A DNA stretch of 64,000 bases from an uncultured Candidatus Saccharibacteria bacterium. Its GTDB lineage: Bacteria > Patescibacteriota > Minisyncoccia > UBA6257 > 1-14-0-10-44-23. Under the pieces are notes generated by a model, which saw only the letters and a program-made list of their open reading frames with translations, did no database searches and had not been told where the DNA came from. The position numbers were made by a program, and so were the translations under genes. Shown one piece after another: positions 1-9,663 of the stretch; the stretch's first letter is position 1, and every line of letters starts with the position of its first letter. The stretch spans positions 29,026-93,025 of the forward strand of contig CAZXKC010000004.1 in assembly GCA_964641225.1 (NCBI GenBank), in the 5' to 3' direction.

Positions 1-1855
1 TTCTGTCGGTTTTCTGAACACTGGAATCGTCGGGTAGCTGAGTCGTAATCGCAGCGTCTTTGAGCTGTAGCTGCTCACCCGTAAACATATCAGTATATGA
101 TCCGCTCGATTCTCCGATTAACTGAGGAAACTCGCCAACCTGGTCGGCCGCTGGCGTTAATTCAACCTGAAACACAAGCTCAACTGGTGCGCTCAATATA
201 CCCTGCGTGGCGGTAATCGATGGCACAGACCAGGTAATTTCTTGCGTTCTATCGTTATAAAACGGGGATATCGTATTTGAAGACTTGTAGATACCGGTGT
301 AGCGCACGTTTGGGCCTAAAAAGGCCTTGAGCGCTACTGAGGTAACGTCGGTAGAGGTATTTTTTAAGGTCCAATGAATCGTAAACTGCGTCGGCCGACC
401 TACGCCAGCCGGCAATGCGCCTGCATTTGCAATTCCTGATGTTGCATCGCGATAATAGCCTGTTGCAGCAAAGCCGAGCGTACCGCGCATCTTATTGGTA
501 ATCTCTGTTAAGCCGATTGTTTTGCTTGTTGCAACTCCAACCGGTACTGTCGGCGACTCAATTTGCGCCTTGACGCCGACGGTAAAATTTTTAGAGCTCA
601 GGCGTGTAATTGGATACGAGGCCTTTGTCGCGATTTCAAAATTGACAACACCAGTTGCGCCAGCCGCGAGCAAACTTAAATCAGCTATACGCGAGGCATT
701 CCAGATAATCGTGTTGTCGCTCGCCCTCAGAGCTCCTTCTGTTTTAATTGATTTTAAATCAAACATCTCGCCCACTAACTTTGCAGAGACGATAACATCT
801 TTAAGAGCAATCTGCGTATTGTTTGTATAGGTCAAGCGATATTTTATGTTTTGACCGGCGCTCAATATCTGCGTGTTGCCGCCGTCGAGCGCAACTTGCA
901 ACGAGAGCGGCGAAGGAGAAAGCGTAATATTAGCGCCTCCCTGAGCAACATCATATCGAACCTCACCGATCAGTGCACTAAGGGCTCCGCTGATAACAAA
1001 TGCAGCATTGTCCTGTCCCACTACAAATCCTTTAACTGTGACTTTTCCGCTCTGACCTGCGCGAACAACTCCAAGATCCCAGAGTGAACTCGCCGCATCA
1101 AGCGTCGAACTACTAACTGATTTAACGACAAATCCGGTCGGATATTTTAACTTTAATTGCACGGCATCATATTCAATTGTCGTATTGTTTGTATAGGTAA
1201 TCTCGGTCAAAAACTCCTCGCTACTAAGGGCCTTTGTCGGCGCAGCGATAGAAACAGTGAAACCGCCAGGCGCAAGAACGAGATCCTTAGAGATACTTTT
1301 TTCAAAACGTGAACTCAGCGTACCCGGCACATATGAGACTGAGGCCTTAATCTGCCTGACAATATTTTCATCCCCGGTGGCCATCACCATAAATGACTCT
1401 TTACGAACAACGCCACTCTCAATATCGCCCACGGTACGATTTTCGACTGTTTTTTGACTCGGCGAACCAATAAAAATAAGTTCGCTCGGAATTTCTAGGG
1501 CAACTTGCGCCTGCTCAAGCGTGTCTCCGGAATTATTCGTCACGCCGACATCGAGCGTGGTTGGAACACCATATTGCAGTTGATCAGGAAAATTAATCAC
1601 TACGTCAACGCCCTGGCCGTTTGTAGGACGCATCACCATATATACAGCTGCGCCAAGACCAAGAATAATAAAACCAATTAAGCTCAGGAGCAGCTTTTTC
1701 TTAAACGAAGACCTGGGCGGTTCGATAGAAACTCCTCCAGCCGGGCGTTGATCTATCCACGAATTAACTCCACCTTGGCCTGCAGATTGCGGAGCTTGCG
1801 CGGACTGAGGTTGTTCTGACGGCTGCTGAGACAAACCTGGATTTTCTTGTTGCAT
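1..1855 (-). CDS. Membrane-anchored extracellular beta-rich protein (DUF11/Ig-like repeats likely); runs off the window edge
   Basis: ATG at 1855 (MQQENPGLSQQPSEQPQ...), then a TM helix (KKLLLSLIGFIILGLGAAVYMV) and Ig-like motifs. Absent from the ORF track because it has no stop in the window. Confidence 0.65.
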   Translation of the reverse strand, partial: MQQENPGLSQQPSEQPQSAQAPQSAGQGGVNSWIDQRPAGGVSIEPPRSSFKKKLLLSLIGFIILGLGAAVYMVMRPTNGQGVDVVINFPDQLQYGVPTTLDVGVTNNSGDTLEQAQVALEIPSELIFIGSPSQKTVENRTVGDIESGVVRKESFMVMATGDENIVRQIKASVSYVPGTLSSRFEKSISKDLVLAPGGFTVSIAAPTKALSSEEFLTEITYTNNTTIEYDAVQLKLKYPTGFVVKSVSSSTLDAASSLWDLGVVRAGQSGKVTVKGFVVGQDNAAFVISGALSALIGEVRYDVAQGGANITLSPSPLSLQVALDGGNTQILSAGQNIKYRLTYTNNTQIALKDVIVSAKLVGEMFDLKSIKTEGALRASDNTIIWNASRIADLSLLAAGATGVVNFEIATKASYPITRLSSKNFTVGVKAQIESPTVPVGVATSKTIGLTEITNKMRGTLGFAATGYYRDATSGIANAGALPAGVGRPTQFTIHWTLKNTSTDVTSVALKAFLGPNVRYTGIYKSSNTISPFYNDRTQEITWSVPSITATQGILSAPVELVFQVELTPAADQVGEFPQLIGESSGSYTDMFTGEQLQLKDAAITTQLPDDSSVQKTDR

Positions 1856-1910
1856 TGTAAATAAAAAAATCGCATTTAGTCTACGATCCACTGCGTATCG
1901 GCTACTATTT

Positions 1911-2447
1911 TTATGATACCACGACTGCAGACCCAACCGCCCTATTACGCGCAGCCATGGATCGCTGTTTGCAGTTCGCGCACAGATAACTCGTGGTTCT
2001 GATAATAAAATGTTCAGGTCGTTCTTTTTCGCATTCGCCGCAGCGTGCATGCGCCGGATCAAATCCTAATACGCGCAAGGTTGCCGCACTTGCAAGTCGA
2101 CGCGTCTCTATTAAATTCCACACCTCATCATCAGGATGATAGAGATCAGTCATCGCACTAATAAGCCCGGCCACCTCAACCAGAGCTTGAGTGGCTCGCA
2201 TATCTGTACCAACATATTTTTCAATCGCAAGGGCATCAACTACCTGCATACCACGACGCTCGACGAGGCGAACCGTTACGATCGAAAGTGGTTGTAAATG
2301 TGCCGCAAGCTTTGAATGCGCCTTTCGTGCTGCGCGCGCAAACACAATAACTCGTCCGAGTCTCTGGGTGAATAATTGTATACGCAAATCATACTCGCCT
2401 GCCGGCTGTGCATCTAAGACAAACGCTTGCGTAACGTATTCTTGCAT
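1911..2447 (-). CDS. recO: DNA repair protein RecO
   Basis: N-terminal OB fold (GEYDLRIQLFTQRLGR...ARKAHSKL) and a C-terminal CxxC...CxxC zinc finger. Confidence 0.85.
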   Translation of the reverse strand: MQEYVTQAFVLDAQPAGEYDLRIQLFTQRLGRVIVFARAARKAHSKLAAHLQPLSIVTVRLVERRGMQVVDALAIEKYVGTDMRATQALVEVAGLISAMTDLYHPDDEVWNLIETRRLASAATLRVLGFDPAHARCGECEKERPEHFIIRTTSYLCANCKQRSMAARNRAVGSAVVVS

Positions 2448-2671
2448 TGTTTTATTTTATGTACCGCACAATTACATGGATCCACTTCTTATTCGGAGTA
2501 ATTAATACGCTGATTATTTCAAAAGGATGCCTGGCTAATACTATTCTAAGTTCTGTCTCAGAATAGTATTTAAAATATCGAGGCGCATCAACTTTTTCAA
2601 GCGATACTTCATGGCCTCAGTATGCCGTGAAAACTAAAATGACTCAATGAGCTGAGTCTTTAAGCTAATTG

Positions 2672-2753
2672 TGCACGGGGTGGGACTTGAACCCACATGC
2701 CTTGCGGCGCTACCACCTCAAGGTAGTGCGTCTGCCAGTTTCGCCACCCGTGC
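2672..2753 (-). tRNA. tRNA-Leu(GAG)
   Basis: Cloverleaf GCACGGG...CCCGTGC-A, anticodon arm CTACC-TTGAGGT-GGTAG, long variable arm. Confidence 0.95.
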
Positions 2754-2798
2754 TTGAGATTGAGACAGTATATACAATCTTTACAAAATACTCAAACA

Positions 2799-2823
2799 CA
2801 AAACCGCCTTTTAGCGGTTTTGT
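2799..2823 (-). terminator. Hairpin terminator after rplS
   Basis: CAAAACCGC-N6-GCGGTTTTG inverted repeat. Confidence 0.55.
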
Positions 2824-2829
2824 TAAAAA

Positions 2830-3207
2830 CTATTTTACTTCAGCTACTTCGTTGCTCTTTGCAACCTTCGCAACTTTTTCAGCGGCAACTGCGGTCTTGC
2901 GGCGCAATTCGCGACGGCTGATATCACGTACGTAGTAAATCTTGCTGCGGCCAACTTTCTTTGGTGAGCTGAGAACTTCTACTTTGCTGATTGATGGCGT
3001 GTGGATCGGAAACACCTTTTCAATTCCTTCGCCGGACATCGTCGCGCGAACAGTAAATGATGCACCGGCCTCTGAGCCATGTTTACGAGCAAGCACAAGA
3101 CCCTCAAAACGAGTTTCTCGTGTTTTGTTGCCGTCTTTAACGGTTTCGATAACGCGTACAGTTGCGCCTGCTTTTATCTTCGGAAGTACTGATTCGTGAA
3201 TAGCCAT
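2830..3207 (-). CDS. rplS: 50S ribosomal protein L19
   Basis: G.TVRV...FEGLVLARK...FTVR...EGIEKVFP...RSKIYYVR motifs; likely start ATG at 3207. Confidence 0.95.
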   Translation of the reverse strand: MAIHESVLPKIKAGATVRVIETVKDGNKTRETRFEGLVLARKHGSEAGASFTVRATMSGEGIEKVFPIHTPSISKVEVLSSPKKVGRSKIYYVRDISRRELRRKTAVAAEKVAKVAKSNEVAEVK

Positions 3208-3301
3208 AGATTTGAATTCAAAGAGTATACAGTAATTTAAGAAATTACGCAAGAGGTCTATTACATATACATAAGAAGATTACAGCCTGTATAATGAACA
3301 G

Positions 3302-4441
3302 ATGAAAATCGCGATCGATATTCGCCTGCTTGCACAAGGAGGTACAACGGGTATTCCGGGCTACACGAAAGAGCTTATTGATTCACTGCTCCGTTTTCAC
3401 CCTGAACACGAGTACATTCTTTTTTATAATGCATTTACTAAGCAGCCACTTCCGCCGCAGTGGCGGCGTGCATACAACGTTACTATTGTAGAAAAAACTA
3501 TCCCAAATAGACTCCTTAACGCCTCTTTCAGGCTTTTTAATCGCCCGCACTTTGCAATATTTTCCGAGGCTGACGTTATCTTCAGTCCCCACTTTAATCT
3601 GCTCCCACGAACAAAAACTCCGCGCGTTATCACCTTTCACGATCTCTCGTTTCTACACTATCCTCAGTTTTTCTCAATGCAGCAAAAAATATGGCACTGG
3701 ATGCAGGAGTCAAAACAACAGGCGCAGAATGCCGCACGCCTTATTGCAGTTTCACAGACAACAAAAGACGATCTAATGCATTTTTATACTATTCCTGAAA
3801 AAAATATCAGTATTATATACTCCGGCATCGGAAGCGAATTTAAAAAACTAGCAACAGACAATCAAGATCTTAAACTCTTCAAGCGCAGACGATCACTCGA
3901 GAAGCCGTACATTCTCTATTTAGGCACACTTGAGTCTCGCAAAAATTTGCCGCTTATAATTCGCGGCTTTTCGCAGCTGATTACTCGCCCAGGATACAGC
4001 CAGTATCAATTACTGCTTGCTGGGCGACCTGGCTTTGGATATGACCAGATCAAAAAAGAAATTGCCTGTTCGGCTATTCCGGCAGCGATCAGAGAATTGG
4101 GACCGGTAGCAGACGAAGAGCGGGTATACTTATATAATGCGGCACGCGCATGCGTCTTCCCCTCATTTTTTGAAGGATTTGGATTTCCTCCCCTCGAGGC
4201 GCAGGCATGCCAGACGCCCGTAATCTCATCGAACCGAACCTCGCTTCATGAAATACTGAGCGATTCAGTAGTTACGGTTAATCCCTGGAAACCCGCAGAG
4301 CTGACAGAGGCAATTATCCGTCTGGAATCTGACGCGAGCTTTCGAAACAAGATCATTACGAGCGGAATTAAAAATGCACAGCGATTCACGTGGAAGCAAG
4401 CCGCACAGCAGCTGATGGATGCATTCAAATGTGTTTCTTAA
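3302..4441 (+). CDS. Glycosyltransferase family 4 (GT-B)
   Basis: MKIAID start, TFHDL, YLGTLESRKN and FPSFFEGFGFPPLEAQAC motifs. Confidence 0.92.
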   Translation: MKIAIDIRLLAQGGTTGIPGYTKELIDSLLRFHPEHEYILFYNAFTKQPLPPQWRRAYNVTIVEKTIPNRLLNASFRLFNRPHFAIFSEADVIFSPHFNLLPRTKTPRVITFHDLSFLHYPQFFSMQQKIWHWMQESKQQAQNAARLIAVSQTTKDDLMHFYTIPEKNISIIYSGIGSEFKKLATDNQDLKLFKRRRSLEKPYILYLGTLESRKNLPLIIRGFSQLITRPGYSQYQLLLAGRPGFGYDQIKKEIACSAIPAAIRELGPVADEERVYLYNAARACVFPSFFEGFGFPPLEAQACQTPVISSNRTSLHEILSDSVVTVNPWKPAELTEAIIRLESDASFRNKIITSGIKNAQRFTWKQAAQQLMDAFKCVS

Positions 4442-4447
4442 AAAATA

Positions 4448-6436
4448 ATGGAAGAGGTAGAAGAGATATTACAGATTAGACGCAGAACGGCTCCGCGCCA
4501 GAAGATAGCGAAGCCTAGTAACGCAGCGCGCTGGATCACGCTCGGCATCATTGGCGCACTTATATGTGGCTCGCTCGGTTTTTATGGATGGCGACTTCTT
4601 ACACTAAAAGATTTTGCTGCGCAATCTAAAGAACAAATTATTGCTCAGCTTGCCGAGGCACGCGCCTCCTTGCAATCTCTTAACCCTGCGGGTGCTGCTC
4701 AGCCGCTTGCCGACATTCAAACTGAACTTGCGACACTACAAACCGAGGCCGGGAAATACGGCGTACTTACCCTTGCAGGCTGGTGGGGCAATGTACAAGA
4801 AAAATTTCAAGCACTACCAGGTATTTTGCAAGACCTTACCGGTATTTCCGGGACAGCAATTCATATTAATGAAGACCTTGCATATCTTAAAGAACATACG
4901 CTCAGCCTGATGCTGGGTGGAAAAGGAGAGGAATTACTTGAGCGGCTTGCCAGCCTGCAAGACAAGCTCGCCCGGCTGACTATATACGTTGAACATATTC
5001 GCTCTCAAGCACCACTTGATGCGGCAACACAAAAAACTCTCTCTGGGTTTAATGTTGAGCTCACCGAAGCCACTCAGTCACTAGGCGCCCTTCGGACACT
5101 GCTAAGCCCGCAGAAAGAACGCCACGTATTAGTCATGTTTCAGAATGAAAGCGAATTGCGTCCTGGCGGCGGCTTTTTAGGAAGCTATGCCGATGTCACT
5201 ATTGCGCACGGCGCTGTTACCAACATTGAAGTGCGCGACATTTACGATCCGGACGGACAGTTATTTACAAACGTTATCCCGCCGCGACCGCTGCAGCGCC
5301 TGACTAAAGATTGGGAGGCGCGCGACGCAAACTGGTTTGCAGACTTCCCTGCCTCTGCTCAAAAAGTGCTGAGCTTCATGAATCAATCGCGTATCTATAC
5401 CGACAGACAAGTCACCTTTGAAGGCGCAGCCGCTATCAACACACACGTTATTGGCGACATTATTGATTTAGTTGGACCTATTGAGCTGCCTGAATTTAAA
5501 CTGACTATTACCGGTGACACATTTATGCGCGAGCTGCAAAAAGAAGTAGAGGCCGGTGAAAATAAAAAAATTAATCAGCCAAAGAAAATACTACAGACAC
5601 TTGCACCTATTCTTTTAGAACGCCTTAAAACCCGGACTAGATCACAAGATGCGGCATTTTTAGAAAAAATCCGTTACAACTTTACGCGCAAAAATATCAT
5701 GCTGTATGTAGACGATCCAATTCTCGAGCATCAATTTACAACCCGCGATGTTGGCGGAAACCTTACGCATCTTGAAAAAACAAATTCCGCAACAATCAGC
5801 GACTATCTGGCAGTAATTACCGCAAACATGGCTGGCGGCAAAAGCGACTTTGTAACCCGGCAGTCTATCAAGCTCGTAAGTACATTTACCGCAACTGGTA
5901 CGCTCGTTAATCAACTCACGATAACTCGTCAGAATAAAGGCAACACAGAAACAGAGTGGTGGTATAAATCACCACATAAAACATATACCCAGATATATAT
6001 GCCACTTGGTTCAAAAATATACTCAGCGCAGGGCAACAAAGCCTGGCCAGATCCTATTGTAAGAGATTATAGCAAGTACCAGGAAGATCCTGATGTTGCC
6101 GCGATTGAAGCTACACACCTGTTTCTTGACACTGAACAACTGGATCGTTTTATCGCTTTCAATAAAACTGTTTTTGCCGGCTGGATAACAACTCCGACAG
6201 GAGCCACATCAACATTTACGATGAACTACAGAAATCCGAAAAAATTTACCCCTGCTGTAAAAAACTACGAATTCTATTTTGACAAACAATCCGGCGCCAA
6301 CACATCATTAGAAGTTTCTATTATTGCACCACCTGGTTTTATCTGGCAGGAAACTTCAAGTACGACGCTCAGCTTTGCAGATGAAGACCCGCCGGGAAAG
6401 ATAAAGATTGCAGGAACGCTTGTACGGCAACCGTAG
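4448..6436 (+). CDS. DUF4012-domain membrane-anchored protein
   Basis: TM helix, then FQNESELRPGGGFLGSY and RDANWFADFP motifs. Confidence 0.85.
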   Translation: MEEVEEILQIRRRTAPRQKIAKPSNAARWITLGIIGALICGSLGFYGWRLLTLKDFAAQSKEQIIAQLAEARASLQSLNPAGAAQPLADIQTELATLQTEAGKYGVLTLAGWWGNVQEKFQALPGILQDLTGISGTAIHINEDLAYLKEHTLSLMLGGKGEELLERLASLQDKLARLTIYVEHIRSQAPLDAATQKTLSGFNVELTEATQSLGALRTLLSPQKERHVLVMFQNESELRPGGGFLGSYADVTIAHGAVTNIEVRDIYDPDGQLFTNVIPPRPLQRLTKDWEARDANWFADFPASAQKVLSFMNQSRIYTDRQVTFEGAAAINTHVIGDIIDLVGPIELPEFKLTITGDTFMRELQKEVEAGENKKINQPKKILQTLAPILLERLKTRTRSQDAAFLEKIRYNFTRKNIMLYVDDPILEHQFTTRDVGGNLTHLEKTNSATISDYLAVITANMAGGKSDFVTRQSIKLVSTFTATGTLVNQLTITRQNKGNTETEWWYKSPHKTYTQIYMPLGSKIYSAQGNKAWPDPIVRDYSKYQEDPDVAAIEATHLFLDTEQLDRFIAFNKTVFAGWITTPTGATSTFTMNYRNPKKFTPAVKNYEFYFDKQSGANTSLEVSIIAPPGFIWQETSSTTLSFADEDPPGKIKIAGTLVRQP

Positions 6437-6437
6437 C

Positions 6438-7187
6438 CTATGCAACCTCAAGTTGTCTGAGCACCTGCTGCAGGTCTGCAGGTAGTTCAGCGGTAAGCGA
6501 AAGCTTCTTGCCGTCTTCAAGCGGAAGCTCTAAATGCTCCGCGTGCAAAAATTGTCGATTTAGTTCTTCGATTGGCTCACCAAGCTCAAACACCATAATT
6601 CCCTTTTTGCCATACAGCTTGTCGCCCACCAGCGCGTGGCCGATTGAACTAAAGTGAACACGAATCTGATGCGTGCGGCCTGTCTTTGGCATCACCTTCA
6701 CAAGCGTGAGCTCATCGCGATGTTTACCGTGCCGATATAAATAATGTCCGAGCGTTTCGTATTCAGTAACAGACTCGCGCGGCATACGCCCCTTAAACAC
6801 GGTACGCTTCACGGTACCGTTGATAATACTGATTGGCTTATCAATAACGCCCTTCTTTTCGTGGATACGACCCCAGACGAGCGCAATATAGGTCTTTTTT
6901 ATTTTCTTCGTTTGAAAAAGTTTTTTTAAATACTCAAATGTCTTTTGATTGCGCGCAACAATCATCGCACCGCTCGTCTCACGATCAAGGCGGTGCACAA
7001 TCCCCGGTCGCTCTTCTGGCTTATCGCCTACTTTCGCAATCTCCGGATATTTTTTAACGAGCACGTCAGTCAGCGTCTCTTCATTGTGCTTCGAGCCGTG
7101 CTTGTCAAAAATTCCGTGCACCATTAAACCCGCGGGTTTATTTATCCCGAGAACGTTTTTGTCTTCGTAAAGAACTGGGATATCCAT
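6438..7187 (-). CDS. RluA/RluD family pseudouridine synthase
   Basis: NKPAGL, HRLDRETSG and TGRTHQIRVH motifs. Confidence 0.95.
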   Translation of the reverse strand: MDIPVLYEDKNVLGINKPAGLMVHGIFDKHGSKHNEETLTDVLVKKYPEIAKVGDKPEERPGIVHRLDRETSGAMIVARNQKTFEYLKKLFQTKKIKKTYIALVWGRIHEKKGVIDKPISIINGTVKRTVFKGRMPRESVTEYETLGHYLYRHGKHRDELTLVKVMPKTGRTHQIRVHFSSIGHALVGDKLYGKKGIMVFELGEPIEELNRQFLHAEHLELPLEDGKKLSLTAELPADLQQVLRQLEVA

Positions 7188-7188
7188 A

Positions 7189-7770
7189 TTATTGAGTAAA
7201 TACTTTAAATTCTCCTTCGCGCAGCGTTACTGTTTCAAGCTCGGGGTGAAATGCTTTTACAAAATCATGCGCCTTCTTCCAATCTTTGATTTCGGGGTTG
7301 TAATTAGATTCAAAGTGAACAATTATTTTAACCGGTAATAATCCCAATCCTTCGTGCATATCAAAGTCACGCAAACCGTAATAATATGTTGAAAGTAAAT
7401 TAGCACCAGCAGAGTTTCCGGCAATGACTGATCCTTTGAATGCCTGCCTCCAATTCGGATATTCAGCGAAGCCTTCATTAATAAGGTCCATCTTGCCGCC
7501 ACCAATATACAGAACATCTGCCTGCGCTAACTGGGTGAGGAAATTCTCGTGCGAAGCAAGTTCTATTTTTTCAATGCTATCACCCAAGTGTTCTTGAAAA
7601 AAATCGACATCTTTTTGAAAATTTTCAGCTTTGTTTTGCTCAGGAACAGCAAAAAGACATACCAAAATTTTTATTGGCTTGCTTTTATTTTCAACAAAAT
7701 GCTGGCAAAAAGCTTTGCCTTTATCTGCCGCCTTACTGCGATAACCACCAAAAAGAAGATACTTTGTCAT
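7189..7770 (-). CDS. Peptidase S51 (peptidase E-like, class I glutamine amidotransferase fold)
   Basis: ADVLYIGGG and AGNSAGA nucleophile elbow, GLGLL...VHF. Confidence 0.8.
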   Translation of the reverse strand: MTKYLLFGGYRSKAADKGKAFCQHFVENKSKPIKILVCLFAVPEQNKAENFQKDVDFFQEHLGDSIEKIELASHENFLTQLAQADVLYIGGGKMDLINEGFAEYPNWRQAFKGSVIAGNSAGANLLSTYYYGLRDFDMHEGLGLLPVKIIVHFESNYNPEIKDWKKAHDFVKAFHPELETVTLREGEFKVFTQ

Positions 7771-7771
7771 G

Positions 7772-7843
7772 TGCGCCTTGCTGGGATCGAACCAGCGGCC
7801 TTTTCAATGTCAATGAAACGCTCTACCACTGAGCTAAAGGCGC
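7772..7843 (-). tRNA. tRNA-Val(GAC)
   Basis: GCGCCTT...AAGGCGC-A, anticodon arm TTTCA-TTGACAT-TGAAA. Confidence 0.95.
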
Positions 7844-7883
7844 GTGAATAAATTTTCAATAAACCAGAAACGCTATACAAAAC

Positions 7884-8014
7884 CCACTGAGCTATCGCGA
7901 GCCGCCCTTGGCGGCGGTTACGAATGCGGCGGTGGCCGCAACCTTGAGCGACAAGGCCCTGGTACCTCGGCGCTCCTGGTCTTAAAATAAGAGCCGAGGG
8001 GCCGCCATAGGCGC
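7884..8014 (-). repeat. tRNA-Val 5' fragment interrupted by a 113-bp structured repeat (copy 1, 7895-8007)
   Basis: Minus strand reads GCGCCTA-[TGGCGGCCCC...CTCGCGA]-TAGCTCAGTGG; the insert is near-identical to 12774-12887 and 56721-56836. Confidence 0.9.
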
Positions 8015-8124
8015 GAGAGTACAGATATAGTACAAAAAAATGCCCATTTGGGCAAGAGAAGTCTCCTTCCGAGCGGCACAACAAGGGTCGCGCCGCTCGG
8101 GGAAATGGTTGCTGTTGTTGAGGT

Positions 8125-9582
8125 TCAGACGTGCAGTTCGGCGGTGCCGGAAAGCACGTCACAGTACTTCATCAGTGCGGGATCCACATAGGTGGCGAGG
8201 AACTGATCCACCTGCCGGGGAGCGCACCCGATGAAGACAGCGGGATCAGTGAGCAAGCGCATGCCACCACTGACTGCCATCTCGGCGAAGTAGGGATCCT
8301 CGCAGAGCCGATCCAGCAGGTCGTTGGCGCCGTCACCTTCCTTCACGCGCTTGCCGGCTTCCTGCGAATGAACCCGGATCTTCTCGTGGCAGACCTGGCG
8401 ATCCGCCCCGTACCGCTCCACCATCTCCATGATCACCTGTTCGGTGGCCAGGAACGGCAGTTCGGCTCGCAGGTTCCGCTCGATGACTTTGGGGTAGACC
8501 ACTGTCCCCTCGAAGACGTTCTGCATGATGATCAGAATGGCGTCGATCGACAGGAAAGCCTCCGGCAAGTAGATCCGGCGACCCGCGCTGTCGTCGAGCG
8601 TGCGCTCGAAGAACTGAGTCGCCTGCGTCATGAACGCATCGAGAGGCAGGATCATGGCGTGGCGCGAGAGCGAATCGGCTCGCTCGGACCGCATCGGGTT
8701 TCGCTTGTAAGCCATTGCGCTGGAGCCGATCTGGCCCTTCTCGAACGGCTCCTCGATCTCCTTGAGCATCTGGAGAACGCGCAGGTCGAGACAGATCTTA
8801 TGGACGCTGGCGGCCAGCCCGCCGAGCGCCGAGAGGACCATGGCGTCGATCTTGCGCGGGTAGGTCTGCCCGGGCACCATGAACCGCTCCGAGAAACTGA
8901 AGGCGGTCGCGACCAGGTAGTCGAGCCGCTCCACCTTTGCCTCGTCCCCCTTGAACAGCTTGAGGAACGAGTCCTGGGTGCCAGTGGCACCCTTGGCGCC
9001 GAGGAAGAAGATCTTGGGGATCAACTCCTCGATCGCCTGCAGATCCAGCAGCAGGTCCTGAATCCACATTGCAGCCCGCTTGCCGACAGTAGTCGGCTGG
9101 GCCGGCTGCAGATGCGTCCTGCCCAACGTCGGCAGTTCACGGTACTGCAGAGCGAACTTCCGCATCCGGTCGATCACTCGAGCGAGCGAAACGCAGGTCA
9201 TGCGCAGCGCGTCACGCAGGATCACCAGGTCGGCGTTGTCGGTCACATAGCAACTGGTGGCACCGAGGTGGATGATCGGCTTGGCCAGCGGACAGATCGC
9301 GCCGAAGGTCTCTACGTGCGCCATCACGTCGTGCCGCTTCTGTCGCTCGAAGGCAGCGGCGGCCGTGTAGTCGATGTCACGCAGATGGGACTCCATCTCG
9401 GCGAGCTGCGCGCTGGTGATCGAGAGCCCGAGCTTTTGCTCGGCGCGTGCGAGCTCCAGCCAGAGCTTGCGCCAGAGATAGAACTTGTTGTCGTCGCCAA
9501 ACAGCTTCTGCATGGCATCCGACGAGTAGCGGCTGACGAGCGGATTTCGCCACCGTTCGGTGGGACTTTCGGTTGCAGTCAC
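8125..9582 (-). CDS. purB: Adenylosuccinate lyase
   Basis: PLVSRY, HDVMAHV, GRTHLQPAQPTT and GSSAMAYKRNP signatures; AAGGAG SD before GTG; GC-rich. Confidence 0.95.
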   Translation of the reverse strand: MTATESPTERWRNPLVSRYSSDAMQKLFGDDNKFYLWRKLWLELARAEQKLGLSITSAQLAEMESHLRDIDYTAAAAFERQKRHDVMAHVETFGAICPLAKPIIHLGATSCYVTDNADLVILRDALRMTCVSLARVIDRMRKFALQYRELPTLGRTHLQPAQPTTVGKRAAMWIQDLLLDLQAIEELIPKIFFLGAKGATGTQDSFLKLFKGDEAKVERLDYLVATAFSFSERFMVPGQTYPRKIDAMVLSALGGLAASVHKICLDLRVLQMLKEIEEPFEKGQIGSSAMAYKRNPMRSERADSLSRHAMILPLDAFMTQATQFFERTLDDSAGRRIYLPEAFLSIDAILIIMQNVFEGTVVYPKVIERNLRAELPFLATEQVIMEMVERYGADRQVCHEKIRVHSQEAGKRVKEGDGANDLLDRLCEDPYFAEMAVSGGMRLLTDPAVFIGCAPRQVDQFLATYVDPALMKYCDVLSGTAELHV

Positions 9583-9663
9583 GTAGCACTCCTTGAGGGG
9601 TTGTTACGCTCCTGCACACGCAGTCGCTCTTCCCCGCACCCACCCTACCAAAATATTCTGCTC

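Noticed and set aside
7895-8007. 113-bp repeat as a group I/II intron or CRISPR unit
   Set aside because: Too short, no catalytic core motifs seen, the host fragment is an incomplete tRNA, and copies are dispersed with no spacers.
9583-9655. Possible ZTP or purine riboswitch upstream of purB (contains GCGACTG)
   Set aside because: Only about 70 nt; lacks the 3' CGCCTGGG pseudoknot partner and the purine aptamer core.
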